Origin: Eledone cirrhosa
Taxonomy: Eukaryota
Length of the DNA: 64,000 bases
Assembly (NCBI GenBank): GCA_964016885.1
Contig: OZ024759.1
Coordinates: 4,340,001-4,404,000, forward strand
Direction: 5' to 3'
The notes under the pieces were generated by a model. It had not been told where the DNA came from. It saw nothing but the letters and a program-made list of their open reading frames with translations, and ran no database searches. Below, piece after piece: positions 25,463-37,464 of this stretch. A program made the translations under genes and the position numbers. Every line of letters begins with the position of its first letter. Position 1 is the stretch's first letter.

Positions 25463-27210
25463 GTAATAGCGCAACTAATCAGAGAGAGAATTGACCTAGA
25501 TGAAATGCAGTTCGGGTTTGTGTCAGGCAAAAGTACCACAGACGCTCTTTTCATAGTACGACAACTACAGGAGAAGTACCTAGCTAAAGGTAAACCCCTC
25601 TACTTAGCTTTTGTCGACTTGGAGAAAGCCTTCGACAGAGTCCCCCGCTCCATTATCTGGTGGGCTCTTAGAAAACTAGGCGTTGACGAATGGCTTGTGA
25701 GGGCTATACAAGCCATGTATAAAGAAACAGTCAGCAAGGTTAGAATTAACAACGAATATAGTGAAGAGTTTAGCGTAAAAGTTGGCGTCCATCAGGGCTC
25801 TGTTCTCAGCCCCCTACTATTTATTATTGCCCTTCAGGCTATAACAGAGGAGTTCAAGACAGGCTGCCCATGGGAACTCCTATACGCAGACGACCTGACA
25901 CTCATAGCGGAATCAATGGCCGAGCTAGAGAAGAAATTCCAAACATGGAAGCACGGCCTAGAGTCAAAAGGACTTAAAATTAACCTGGCTAAGACCAAAG
26001 TTCTAGTTTGTAGGAAAGAAAACAAGGCGGCGGTCCCTTCTGGGAAATGGTCGTGCTCGGTGTGTAGGAAAGGCGTAGGTAGAAACTCCATTTTGTGTCC
26101 TAAATGCAAAGTATGGGTGCATAAAAGATGTAGTGGGATCACAGGTAAGCTAACTAAGAACATAGATTTTACATGTGGCCGGTGTTCTGGTGCAATAAGT
26201 AGCAGCAAGTGCCCACACAATACTAGCTCTTTCAATTGCGCAGAGGGTTCTATAGAAATAGTGGACAGCTTCCGTTACCTGGGCGATAAAATCAGCAGTG
26301 GGGGAGGGTGCTCTGAAAGTACTGTAGCTAGAGTCAGAACTGGTTGGAAAAAGTTCAGAGAGCTTATACCACTATTAGCTGCTAAAGGGTTCTCCCTAAA
26401 AATGAAAGGCAGGTTGTACGATGCCTGCATACGAACAGCAATGTTGCATGGCAGTGAGACCTGGGCATTGTGTGCAGAGGATATACGCAGACTAGAGAGG
26501 AACGAAGCTTGCATGCTCCGCTGGATGTGTAACAGTAATATACGTGAACGGCAAAGCATAAACGAACTAAGGAAAAAATTAGAGATAAGAGGGATCAGAT
26601 GTTGTTTACTCGAGAGAAGGCTACGTTGGTATGGACACGTGATGCGCATGAAAGTCGATAGCTGTATAACAAAGTGCAGGGCAATAAAGATAGACGGTAG
26701 CCACGGAATAGGCAGACCTAGAAAAACCTGGGACGAGCTGATAAACTCCGACCTCACACACTTACACCTCTCCAAGACAATGTCACTGGACCGAGACCTT
26801 TGGCGGTACTCAGTAACAGAGAAGACCCGCCTTGCCAGTAGGCATCTCTAACAAAATACACCCCGTCCCACCACCACCACCCCCACCCCATCCACACCAC
26901 CCCGTCCTATGTAAAGTTATGTTGGTGCCGCGCCATCCGGGCCGAAACAAATGAGATCGTGTAGGTGTCACGACAAAAAAACACACAGTCCACGCTGTAA
27001 TGTGGCCGTGTAGGCAACACGGTAAAAACCTCCCAGACCCACACTGTAAATGTGGTTGGTGTTAGGAAGGGCATCCAACTGTAGAAAACCTGCCAGACAG
27101 TCCTATGCGAGCAAGACAATCACTCTTGCCTCAAGTGGGACTACCCCCGTCCAAACCCATGCAAGCGTGGAACACGGACGTTAAACGTTGATGATGATGA
27201 TGATGATGAT
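25463..27210 (+). mobile_element. 5'-truncated RTE-type LINE with (GAT)n tail
   Basis: Uninterrupted RT frame to 26851, then a 3' UTR with ggttggtgttaggaagggcatcc and (gat)n at ~27190-27210. Confidence 0.92.
25505..26851 (+). CDS. Reverse transcriptase (truncated LINE ORF) with an embedded C4HC3 PHD-like finger
   Basis: Motifs QFGF, FVDLEKAFDRV, GVHQGSVLSPLLF, LYADD, FRYLG and WYGHV. C-x2-C-x10-C-x2-C-x4-H-x2-C-x14-C-x2-C lies at ~26054-26185. Confidence 0.88.
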   Translation: MQFGFVSGKSTTDALFIVRQLQEKYLAKGKPLYLAFVDLEKAFDRVPRSIIWWALRKLGVDEWLVRAIQAMYKETVSKVRINNEYSEEFSVKVGVHQGSVLSPLLFIIALQAITEEFKTGCPWELLYADDLTLIAESMAELEKKFQTWKHGLESKGLKINLAKTKVLVCRKENKAAVPSGKWSCSVCRKGVGRNSILCPKCKVWVHKRCSGITGKLTKNIDFTCGRCSGAISSSKCPHNTSSFNCAEGSIEIVDSFRYLGDKISSGGGCSESTVARVRTGWKKFRELIPLLAAKGFSLKMKGRLYDACIRTAMLHGSETWALCAEDIRRLERNEACMLRWMCNSNIRERQSINELRKKLEIRGIRCCLLERRLRWYGHVMRMKVDSCITKCRAIKIDGSHGIGRPRKTWDELINSDLTHLHLSKTMSLDRDLWRYSVTEKTRLASRHL

Positions 27211-27214
27211 ACAT

Positions 27215-27354
27215 ATACTTGGGGAGGTTCATATTGTTGTAATAATATTGCCAGAAATAATAACAGAACACACTCACTGTTTGGTTGGTTTTCGCTTCTG
27301 TATCTTTTATATCTCCATAGTTAATTTATTTGGCAATCAAAGAACTTTGTTAGA

Positions 27355-27405
<51 letters not shown>

Positions 27406-27531
27406 ACCATTGGTCAATCAATGCCAAATAAATTAACTATGGAGATATAAAAGATACAGAAGCGAAAACCAACCAAACAGTGTTATTATTTCTGGCAATA
27501 TTATTACAACAATATGAACCTCCCCAAGTAT
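27215..27531. repeat. Inverted repeat (~110-120-bp arms) around a (TA)n-containing spacer
   Basis: 27215-27336 is the reverse complement of 27422-27531 apart from one ~12-bp indel. Confidence 0.9.
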
Positions 27532-27558
27532 AACAATATATATATATATATGTGTGTG

Positions 27559-27625
<67 letters not shown>

Positions 27626-27734
27626 TATATACACACATATATATATACACACACACATATATATACACACACATATATATACACACACATATATATACAC
27701 ACACATATATATATATACATATATATATATACAC

Positions 27735-28072
27735 ATCATCATCATCATTCTACGTCCACTTTTCCCTGCTTGCAAGGGTGGGATGGGAACTGATCCTGGC
27801 TTGATTTCTACAGCTGGATGCCCTTCCTAAGACCAACGTCATTTACAGTGAGTGCTGGGTGCTTTTTTTGCCGTGGCACCTCCATGACCACTTTACAGTG
27901 GAATGATAGGGACCCCAGTCCCTATCATCTCATTTCTACAGCTGAGTAAACTGGAGCAATGTGAAATAAAGTGTCTTGCTCAAGGAAACAAAGCATCACG
28001 TGGTCTGAGAATTGAACTCACAACCTTTCGATTGCAAGGCCAATGCTCTAACTACTAAGCCATGTGCCTCCA
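27735..28072 (-). mobile_element. Composite SINE: tRNA head, core and RTE-derived 3' tail
   Basis: Head gcacatggcttagtagttagagc...gagttcaattc; the tail matches the LINE 3' UTR at 34740-34890 and ends in (gat)n. A second full copy lies at 50455-50790 (+). Confidence 0.82.
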
Positions 28073-28119
28073 TATATATATATACATATATATATATACA
28101 CACACATATATATCTAAGT

Positions 28120-28398
28120 CTAAAGTCTGTCTTAAGCCAGCAGGCTCATTTGGCCGGTGCTTATACCGGTTTCATGGCGTGAAGTGAGTGAGAGTACAAG
28201 ACTACCCCCTGGACAGGACGCCAGTCCATCGCAGGGTTAAACCTCCAGCTATTGCTGGTACACATTTTCAGCTGAGTAAACTGGAGCAACGTGAAATAAA
28301 GTGTCTTTCTCAAGGAAACAACACATCACCCGGTCCAAGAATGGAACTCACACCTTTCGATTGAAAGCCTAATGCTCTAACCACTAAGCCATGTGCCT

Positions 28399-28400
<2 letters not shown>
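28120..28400 (-). mobile_element. tRNA-derived SINE (same head, different tail)
   Basis: Head shared with 27935-28072; tail gcgatggactggcgtcctgtccagggg. Related copies lie at 38480-38650, 38720-38980 and 44645-44780. Confidence 0.72.
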
Positions 28401-28492
<92 letters not shown>

Positions 28493-28718
28493 TATGCAAG
28501 TATGTATGTATGTATACATACATACATATATGTATACAGACGTATAGTAGTATGTATATATATACATACATGCACACATATATATATGTACGTATCAGTT
28601 TACCAAACATTTATTATAATGCTCGGTTTGTTTGTTTGTAAACAAACAAACAGCCCGAATTACGCCGTACAGTGTTTAGGCAACCACGTCACCTTTTTGT
28701 TCAACACTGACACAGGAA

Positions 28719-28759
28719 TGATGTACTAGTTTCAAGCTTATTAGCTATCGTCAGCATTG
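28719..28759 (-). ncRNA. Minimal hammerhead ribozyme motif
   Basis: caatg-CTGACGA-tagctaataagctt-GAAA-CTAG-TA-cat, with palindromic CTAG mini stem III. Confidence 0.6.
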
Positions 28760-29279
28760 TATACCTTCCTGCCAGATGGTTGAACGTCTGAAAGTATATA
28801 CTTTCCTTATGCATATTAACGGCTGAGCAGCCTAATTTGCATATCGAGTGAGATCAGTCGGCTGGGCACACCGAAAACGATAAATGGAATAGAATGAAAC
28901 GAAATTTCATTTCTCACTCTTAGTAAGGCACTTACTTAAATGTAAGTATGTATGTATACGTACATACATATATGTATACAGACGTACAGTAGTATGTATA
29001 TATATACATACATGCACACATATATATATGCACGTATCGGTTTACCGAACATTTATTATAATGTTCGGTTTATTTGTTTGTAAACAAACAAACAGCCCGA
29101 ATTACGCCGTACAGTGTTTAGGCAACCACGTCACCTTCGTTTCATTCTATTCCATTTATCGTTTTCAGTGTGCCCGGCCGACTGAACTCACTCAATATGC
29201 AAATTAGGCTGCTCAGCCATTAATATGCATAAGGAAAGTATATACTTTCAGATGTTCAACCATCTAGCAGGAAGGTATA

Positions 29280-29320
29280 CGGTGCTGACGATAGCTAATA
29301 AGCTTGAAATGAGTACATTG
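29280..29320 (+). ncRNA. Minimal hammerhead motif (inverted copy, stem III mutated)
   Basis: cggtg-CTGACGA-tagctaataagctt-GAAA-TGAG-TA-cattg. Confidence 0.5.
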
Positions 29321-29648
29321 TTCCTGTGTCAGTGTTGAACAAAAAGGTGACGTGGTTGCCTAAACATTGTACGGCGTAATTCGGGCTGTTTACAAACAAA
29401 CAAACCGGACATTATAATAAATGTTCAGTAAACCGATACGTGCATATATATATGTGTGCATGTATGTATATATATATATATATGTATATACATATATATA
29501 TATATACACACACACACACAATTATATAGAACAATAAAATATGGCACCAGATGTTCAACCCAAGACCTTATGATTGAGAACAGCACACCTGTAACCTCTA
29601 AGCTATATATCTTCACACAGACTTTCTGATAAAGACAGAAGTACCCAC

Positions 29649-29786
29649 CTGACTGACAGTTGTCTCCCCTGAAACCAGCTGCACATCCAACACTAGAACA
29701 CACCCCAGATTTAATGTTGCAATGATCGTTGTCAGCACAGTAGCACAAATACTGACAGTTCAAGCCAAAATAACCCTTTTTACATT
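29649..29786 (-). CDS. EGF-like repeat exon 10 of 10 (138 bp, phase 1-1)
   Basis: tttcag|...|gtgggt; ECKKGYFGLNCQYLCYCADNDHCNIKSGVCSSVGCAAGFRGDNCQS. Confidence 0.9.
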
Positions 29787-29909
29787 CTGAAAAAAAAAAA
29801 AAAAGAAAATAGAATTATATACACAACATATATATAAAATTATACACAATAACACATATATACAATTATACACAGCTATAACATACATATACACAATTAT
29901 ACATAACTA

Positions 29910-30268
29910 TAATGCCAATGTGCGTGAATGACCAAGCATAGACGAGTTGAGAAAGAAACTGGGTATAAGAGGGATAAGTTGTGGTGTGTAGGAGAGAAGG
30001 CTGAGCTGAGATGGTATGGACATGTGATGCGCATGGAGGATGACCGCTGGGTAAAGAAGTGCCAAGAAATCCCAGTAGAAGGAAGACGCAGTAGAGGTAG
30101 ACCATGAAAAACATGGGCGGAGGTGGTGAGAGAAGACCTCAAATTGCTGAAACTCACGGAGGAGATGACAAGGGACCGTGACGAATGAAGAGATGCCATG
30201 CTTAATAAGACCTGTCCCACCCTTGCAAGCAGGGAAAAGCGGACGTAAAATGATGATGATGATGATAA
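29910..30268 (+). mobile_element. RTE-LINE 3' fragment with (GAT)n tail
   Basis: Degenerate LRKKLGIRGI...RWYGHVMRM...GRP coding tail, then ggacgtaaaatgatgatg. Confidence 0.8.
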
Positions 30269-30269
30269 T

Positions 30270-30745
30270 AATAAAATTATTGTGTACAGTGCTCAGGTGC
30301 ACTACAACTCATCAATGGTGAATGTATAGTACATTAGTGAACAGACAGTGAACAGTGTATGAGTCATGAGATACACACAGACACATGCATGCGTGTGTAT
30401 GGAGGGGGAATATCAGGTGTAGTGTTGGCGCAAAAAAAAAATAAAAGGAAATGCTTACAGCACCTAGGTTTCTCAAGTGGTTTCCCATCTAAGTACTAAC
30501 TAGGCTCGAGTCAAGATATATGTGTGTGTGTGTATGTATGTATGGAGGGGGAATATCAGGTGCAGGGTTGGCGAATTTCAGGCAACATGGAGGTTTTAAA
30601 GGATGCAGTGTCCCGGCAGCTAACAACTGATGCAGGTAGTTTGTTCCATGCTTCAGTGAATTTCAGGAAGCATGGAGGTTTTAAAGGATGCAGTGTCCTG
30701 GCAGCACACAACTGATGCGGGTAGTTTGTTCCATACTTCAGCAAA
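30270..30745 (-). mobile_element. CR1-like LINE 3' tail fragments
   Basis: EAWNKLPASVVSCRDTASFKTSM; the same family occurs at 36625-36895, 44455-44640 and 47750-50278. Confidence 0.75.
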
Positions 30746-30798
30746 TTTTTATATATATTGATTGACCAACAGTTAAAAAATATAAATATAAATATAGT

Positions 30799-30845
30799 TT
30801 CTCAGAGTTTTTTCATCACATATCTGTGACATCATCAGTGATATT
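30799..30845 (-). ncRNA. Degenerate minimal hammerhead-like motif
   Basis: tca-CTGATGA-tgtcac agatat gtgat-GAAA-aaac-TC-tga; stem III is not palindromic. Confidence 0.4.
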
Positions 30846-31309
30846 TCTATGCTTGTCATATTCCTGTGATGTTTTCTTATTCTATTTTATTTATTTGCAG
30901 TAGTTCCAACGTAAAAGACTTTCATAATAGTTGATCACTATAAATAACAGTTAGGAAAACCAGATAAAGTACATGTGGAGATAGAAAGAAGTAGACGGAG
31001 GGTCCTGTAAGGAACAGGTGCAAGTTTGCTTCCTTGCAAATACTTCTGTCTACATCTACCTTTCTCCTGAGATACTTTACTACCCACATTAACCTGTCAC
31101 CTGTGGTCCATTACTGTCTACCAGGAATAATAATTGTTTCTACTTTAGGCACAAGGTCAGAAATTATCCAAGTGTATTACTGGTACTTTATTTTATCGAC
31201 CCCGTAAGAATGAAAGGCAAAGTTAACTTCGGTGGGATTTGAACTCAGATTGTAAAGGGACATAACTATGCTGGAAAGCACGGCATCCGACTCTCTACCG
31301 ATACTGCCA

Positions 31310-32148
31310 TAATACAGTTATACTAGTTAGAAGTAGAAATAAAAGACTATTAAACATATGTAGTCATTAATAATATAGTTATACTAGTTAGTAGTAAAAG
31401 TAAAAGAGTAATACACCTATGTAGCCATTAATAATATAGTTATACTAGTTAGTAGTAAAAGTAAAAGAGTAATAAACCTATGTAGTCATTAATAATATAG
31501 TTATACTAGTTAGTAGTAAAAGTAAAAGAGTAATAAACCTATGTAGTCATTAATAATATAGTTATACTAGTTAGTAGTAAAAGTAAAAGAGTATTAAACA
31601 TATGTAGTCATTAATAATATAGTTATACTAGTTAGTAGTAAAAGTGAAAGAGTAATACACCTATGTAGTCATTAATAATATAGTTATACTAGTTAGTAGT
31701 AAAAGTAATAGAGTAATAAACCTATGTAGTCATTAATAATATAGTTATACTAGTTAGTAGTAAAAGTAAAAGAGTATTAAACATATGTAGTCATTAATAA
31801 TATAGTTATACTAGTTAGTAGTAAAAGTGAAAGAGTAATACACCTATGTAGTCATTAATAATTTAGTTATACTAGTTAGTAGTAAAAGTGAAAGAGTAAT
31901 ACACCTATGTAGCCATTAATAATATAGTTATACTAGTTAGTAGTAAAAGTAAAAGAGTAATAAACCTATGTAGACATTAATAATATAGTTATACTAGTTA
32001 GTAGTAAACGTAAAAGAGTAATAAACATATGTAGACATTAATAATATAGTTATACTAGTTAGTAGTAAAAATAAAAGAGTAATAAACATATGTAGACATT
32101 AATAATATAGTTATACTAGTTAGTAGTAAACGTAAAAGAGTATTAAAC
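31310..32148. repeat. 61-bp AT-rich minisatellite (~14 copies)
   Basis: Unit atactagttagtagtaaaagtaaaagagtaataaacctatgtagtcattaataatatagtt; abuts the donor site of exon 32153-32290. Confidence 0.93.
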
Positions 32149-32152
32149 CAAC

Positions 32153-32290
32153 CAGTTTGACAATCAGTTCCTATATAGCCTGGTTCACAGTTGCCCTCTT
32201 CACAAACACCATTGGTTCTGTTGCAGTATTTACTTTCTTCACAATGACAAACCTTTTGACAGTTAGACCCAAAAGTATTGCTTGGACAGA
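32153..32290 (-). CDS. EGF-like repeat exon 9 of 10
   Basis: atccag|...|gttggt; FCPSNTFGSNCQKVCHCEESKYCNRTNGVCEEGNCEPGYIGTDCQT. Confidence 0.9.
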
Positions 32291-32524
32291 CTGGATGAAA
32301 TAAAGGATCAAACAGAAATTTAGTAAATTTAACCCTTTAGCATTTACATTACTTTATATATATATACTATTGTATTTTTACAGTAAACACTTTATCACAT
32401 ATTATGGAGTCTAGGAGATTTTGATGATGATATTATTTATTTTGAGAAGAATACCTTAATGTCAGTATTGGTGACCGGTTATTGAAAGAAGTTAATATAT
32501 AACCCTTTAGCATTTACATTACTC

Positions 32525-35008
32525 ATAGACATTCAATGTAGAAGAGAACTGGGAGTTCCTAAAAAATAACTTACTAGAGGCGACGGATGAGGTCTGTGGC
32601 TGGAGTAAGACCTCAAGCAGGAGGAGAGTGACTTGGTGGTGGAACAATAAGGTATATGAGGCAGTTAAGGCCAAGAGACAGGCATGGAAAGAATGGAAGA
32701 ACGGGGGGAGCAGGGTAAATTACATAGAGAACAAGAGGGAAGCTAGGCGACAAGTATACTTAGCTAGGAGGGAAGCAGAGGATAGAAAATTCAAGCATGT
32801 TTTGCAATGTAAGGACCAGAAACAGGAGGTGTTCAAGATTGCGAGGCAGTGTGTCAGAGAGAATTGTGATGTCATTGGAGAGAAGTGTATCCGGAATGAT
32901 AAAGGTGAGCTTGCCCTCACAAGTGCTGAGAAGAAAGATGCATGGAAGAGTCATTATGATAGATTACTAAATGAGGAGAATGCATGAGAAGAAGAGACCC
33001 TACCCCAAGTAGACCCTATAGAGGGGCCAGCAGTACAAGTCAGCAGCAGCGTAGTAAGTAAGGCAATCAAAGATATGAAGATGGGGAAGGCAACCGGTCC
33101 ATCGGGTATAGCTGCTGAGATGCTGAAGGCATCTGGGTCTGTAGGTCACACTATAACCACACGTATTGTTAACCAGGTAATACTAGAAGGTGTCATACCA
33201 AAAGATTGGTGCAGTAGCATTATTGTCAACTGCTACAAAGGTAAAGGTGATGCACTAGATAGAGGAAACTATAGAGGTATAAAGCTGATGGACCAGGTCA
33301 TGAAAGTAACAGAAAGAGTTATAGCACAGTTGATTAGGGACCGGGTGAAACTAGATGAGATGCAATTTGGGTTTGTACCAGGAAGAGGCACCACTGATGC
33401 CCTCTTCCTTGTGAGGCAGTACAGGAAAAGTACCTAGCTAAAAGCAAGCCACTCTACCTGCCATTTGTCGATCTCGAGAAAGCCTTTGACAGAGTTCCAC
33501 GTGCTGTAATCTGATGGGCTCTTAGAAAACTAGGAGTAGATGAATGGCTTGTGAAAGCGGTACAAGCCATGTATAGGGGAGCAGTCAGCAAAGTTAGGAT
33601 TAGCAATGAGTATAGCGAGGAATTTAGCGTACAGGTTGGGGTCCACCAGGGCTCTGTTCTTAGCCCCCTCCTGTTCATCATAGTCATGCAGGCAATAACG
33701 GAGGAGTTTAAGACCGGATGCCCATGGGAACTCCTGTATGCTGATGACCTCGCACTTATAGCTGAATCTATGGTAGAGCTAGAGAAGAAATTCCAAACTT
33801 GGAAGCAGGGACTAGAAAGAAAGGGTCTCAAAGTCAACATGATAAAGACTCAGGTCCTTGTAAGTAGACGAGAAAACAGAACCCAGATCCCCTCAGGGAA
33901 ATGGCCTTGCTCAGTATGTAGGAAAGGTGTAGGTAGGAACTCCATTCCCTGCCCCAAATGCAAACAATGGGTACACAAGAGATGTAGCGGGATCTCAGGA
34001 AGCTTAATTAAGAATGTAGGCTTCACATGCAGCAGCTGTGCTGGGACAGCACGCAGCAAAAAGCCACAGGAAACAAGTACCACCAATCTCTCGGAGGGCT
34101 CTGTAGAAAGAGTAGACCGCTTCTGCTACCTAGGTGATCGAATTAGCAGCGGAGGTGGGTGTTCAGAAAGTACAATAACTAGGGTAAGAACGGGATGGAA
34201 GAAGCTTAGGGAACTACTACCACTGCTAGCTGCAAAAGGCTTTTCCCTCAAAATGAAAGGCAGACTGTATGATGCGTGTATCCGAACAGCAATGTTGCAT
34301 GGTAGTGAGACCTGGGCGCTGAAGGTGGAAGACTTATGTAGATTAGAGAGAAACGAAGCCTGCATGCTCCGATGGATGTGTAACAGTAATATACGCGAAC
34401 GACAAAGCATAAATGAATTGAGAGAGAGACTGAGCATAAGAGGAATCAAATGCTGTGTGCAGGAGAGGCAGTTGCGTTGGTATGGACATGTGATGCGTAT
34501 GAAGGATGACAGCTGCATAAAAAGGTGCAGAGCACTAGAAGTCGATGGAAACCGCGGAGTGGGGAGACCCAAGATGACCTGGGATGAGGTGATAAAAACC
34601 GACCTTACCCAATTCCACCTCTCAAAGGCGAAAACACATGACCGTGACCTCTGGCGTCTCGCAGAAATACAGAGTACCCGACCTCCCATGGGTACAAGCT
34701 GATGCATATAGACAATAAGCCCCCACACCCCCCACTTCAAGGTGGTCGTGGAGGTGCCACGGCAAAAAGCACCCAGCCCACACTGTAAAGTGGACGTGTA
34801 GGCAACACGAAAAAGCACCCAGTACTCACTGTAAATGAGGTTGGTGTTAGGAAGGGCATCCAGCTGTAGAAATCAAGCCAAATCAGTTCCTGTATGAGCA
34901 AAGCATAGTCAGCCGACCAGACACTGCCCACAACAGGACAACCCGTCTAACCCATGCTAGCGTGGAAGAACGGACGTAAAACGGTGATGATGATGATGAT
35001 GATGATGA
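32525..35008 (+). mobile_element. 5'-truncated RTE-type LINE (PHD-in-RT family) inserted into a piggyBac-like MITE
   Basis: ORFs 32628-32987, 33075-33437 and 33551-34702 are separated by stops or a frameshift. It has a (gat)n tail, with MITE halves at 32500-32524 and 35008-35212 and actc on both sides. Confidence 0.92.
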
Positions 35009-35469
35009 CTCTATATATACTATTGTATTTTCATGGTAAAGGCTTTACCTCACATAAGTATCTCATAATGTCGAATCTATGAGATTTTGATTTTATCTAT
35101 TTTGAGAAGAATACCTTAATGTCAGTATGAGTGGCCAGTTATGGCCGGTTTCAACAGAAAGAGGTGAGAGGATTCTGGTCAGATATGGCCGGTTTAAATG
35201 CTAAAGGGTTAAACACCCCAGTGTTGAAATGTGGTAGTGCTGGTGCCATGATAAAGTGCACCAAGCCTACACTGGAAAATGGAAGTGTTTGATGCTGTGA
35301 TAAAATGCATCCAGCCCATACTGTAAAGTGTTAGTGTGGTACCATGATAAAAGTAGCAAGACCACCCTGGCATGTGGTAAAGGTGGTGCCATGAGGAAAT
35401 GCACCCAGTACATGCTGTGAGGTAGTGTTAGGAAGGGCATCCAACAATAGAAACTATGCTAGAGAAACA

Positions 35470-36060
35470 CTGGCACACTTGGAAAATTAGAAGCACACAG
35501 GTACAGTGGGAACATCAGAGACACAGTGGGTACTCAAGAGGCACAATGGCTCACTGTGAACATCCAGAAGCACACTGGGATATTAGAGGCATACTGGCAT
35601 ACTGGGAACATTGGAGCACAGTGGGAACATCAGAGGCACACTGGAATATCAGTGGACACTAGGTACATAGGAGGCATACTGAGAACATCAGAGGCTCACT
35701 GGGCACATCAGAGACACACTGGGAATACAAGAGGCACACTGGGAACATCAGAAGCACAGTAGGCACATCCGAGGCACACTAGGTATATCAGAGACACACT
35801 GGGAACACAAGAGGCAGACTGGGAGCATCAGAGGCACAGTTGGCACATCAGAGGCACACTAGGTATATCAGAGACACACTGGGAACACAAGAGGCAGACT
35901 GGGAGCATCAGAGGCACAGTTGGCACATCAGAGGCACACTGAGCACATCAGAGACACACTGGGAATACAAGAGGCATACTGGGAACATCAGAAGCAGAGT
36001 AGGTACACAAGAGGCAGACTGGGAACATCAGAGGCACACAGGGCACATCAGGAGGCACGC
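35470..36060. repeat. ~20-bp minisatellite
   Basis: Unit gggaacatcagaggcacact and variants. Confidence 0.88.
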
Positions 36061-36103
36061 TGTTAATAAATGAACATTTACAGTTTAAAATAAGCATACT
36101 AAC

Positions 36104-36241
36104 AAGCTTGGCAGTCATGACCAGTAAAACCAGGTAGACACTTGTTGTTTGGACAGTGTCCAGTTTTAGGGTTACAGTTTGCACTGTCCTTGCATTTACA
36201 GGGATTTGAACAATGGACACCAAAATAACCAGCTTTACACA
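36104..36241 (-). CDS. EGF-like repeat exon 8 of 10
   Basis: taacag|...|gttagt; VCKAGYFGVHCSNPCKCKDSANCNPKTGHCPNNKCLPGFTGHDCQA. Confidence 0.9.
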
Positions 36242-36296
36242 CTGTTAAAATAAAACAAACAAGTAGAAATATCTAACATTACTTTACAAATATATA

Positions 36297-37364
36297 CAGG
36301 GTGCAGCATAAATACTGTTACAAAATATCAAATGAGTTTAAGTCATAATATTAATTACTTTATGCTTTGCAGCATAGAGTTACGGCCCTTTATGATCTGA
36401 GTTCAAATCCCGCCCAGATTAACTTTGCCTTTCATCCTTACTGGGTCGATAAAATAAAGTACCAGTCACACACAGGGAGCGCTTTAATAGACCCCCCCCC
36501 CCCACAAATTTCTGGCCTTATGCTTATATAAGAAACCAATAATAATTACTTTATTATTGATCTGATTGCTCAAATATTAACCTAATACTATATACTAACT
36601 GTTTTGGGGGTTATATAAGGATTCATTGCACATTTTTTCATGTTCAGAGTTGCTGAAGCATGGAACAAATTACCTGCATCAGTTGTTAGCTACTGGGACA
36701 CTACATCCTTTAAAACCTCCATGCTTCCTGAAATTCGCCAACACTACACCTGATATCCCCCTTCCATACACACGCATGCATGTGTGTGTATTTCATGACT
36801 CATACACTGTTCACTTTCCTGACCTTTATACATTATTCTATGTACTATATATGCACCTGAGCAGTGTACACAATAATTTCATTATTATTATTATTTAAAT
36901 GTCCTTAGAATTGAAAGGAAAATTCATAATTGGACAGCATGAAAAAAAGTAGACTCCACCTCAGATTTTTATAACTGGAAAACAGCTTGAAATTAACAGA
37001 ATGCTCATAAAAAGGACCATTGATCACTTCAAAGAAACTTCCTCAACAAAAGCCAAGATCAGGACGTCCTAGCACCTTCTGAACACTAAAACTAATCAAA
37101 TACATGCATGAGAAAATCAGATGTAAGCCAAAAAGATTCATGAGAAAAATGGTGAAAGAGGCCGAAATTTCAGAGAGATCCATGAGGAGGCTATGTAAAG
37201 ATGATCTCGAGATGTGAGAACAAAAGGAAAGCATATCAAATAAGATTTCATGGTGTTAATAAACATTTTATTAATTACATTGTGCCACAATTGTAGCTAG
37301 GTACAATAAATATTGAAGGAGTTATAAGCATTTTATTTTGTAACAGTATTTATGCCGTACTATG
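36297..37364 (+). mobile_element. Internally deleted Tc1/mariner-superfamily transposon with nested SINE and CR1 tail
   Basis: ~30-bp TIRs (gcataaatactgttacaaaata / tattttgtaacagtatttatgc) flanked by TA. A decayed HTH region at 36900-37215 reads RSGRPS...KIRCKPKRFMRKMVKEAEISERSMRRLCKDDL. Confidence 0.75.
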
Positions 37365-37464
37365 TAGTATTATGTGGTCAGAAACTCTCAAGAAAGTTGG
37401 ACAGGAGAAGGTCACCAGAGAAGAACCACCCTCTCACCTCATGCAAGGGTTTCAGCCATTAACC

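Larger units (their letters stand above)
28500..29480. mobile_element. Penelope-like pseudo-LTR cluster: partial tandem plus inverted copy
   Basis: 28940-29135 directly repeats 28500-28695, and 29136-29480 is the inverse of 28555-28903. Each long arm carries a hammerhead motif. The same family occurs at 62680-63200. Confidence 0.65.

Noticed and set aside
27433-27830. [10 protein letters not shown] ORFs here and at 9460-10100, 10828-12133, 14484-15595, 28310-28729 and 61823-63369
   Set aside because: Translations of (AT)n/(AC)n microsatellites.
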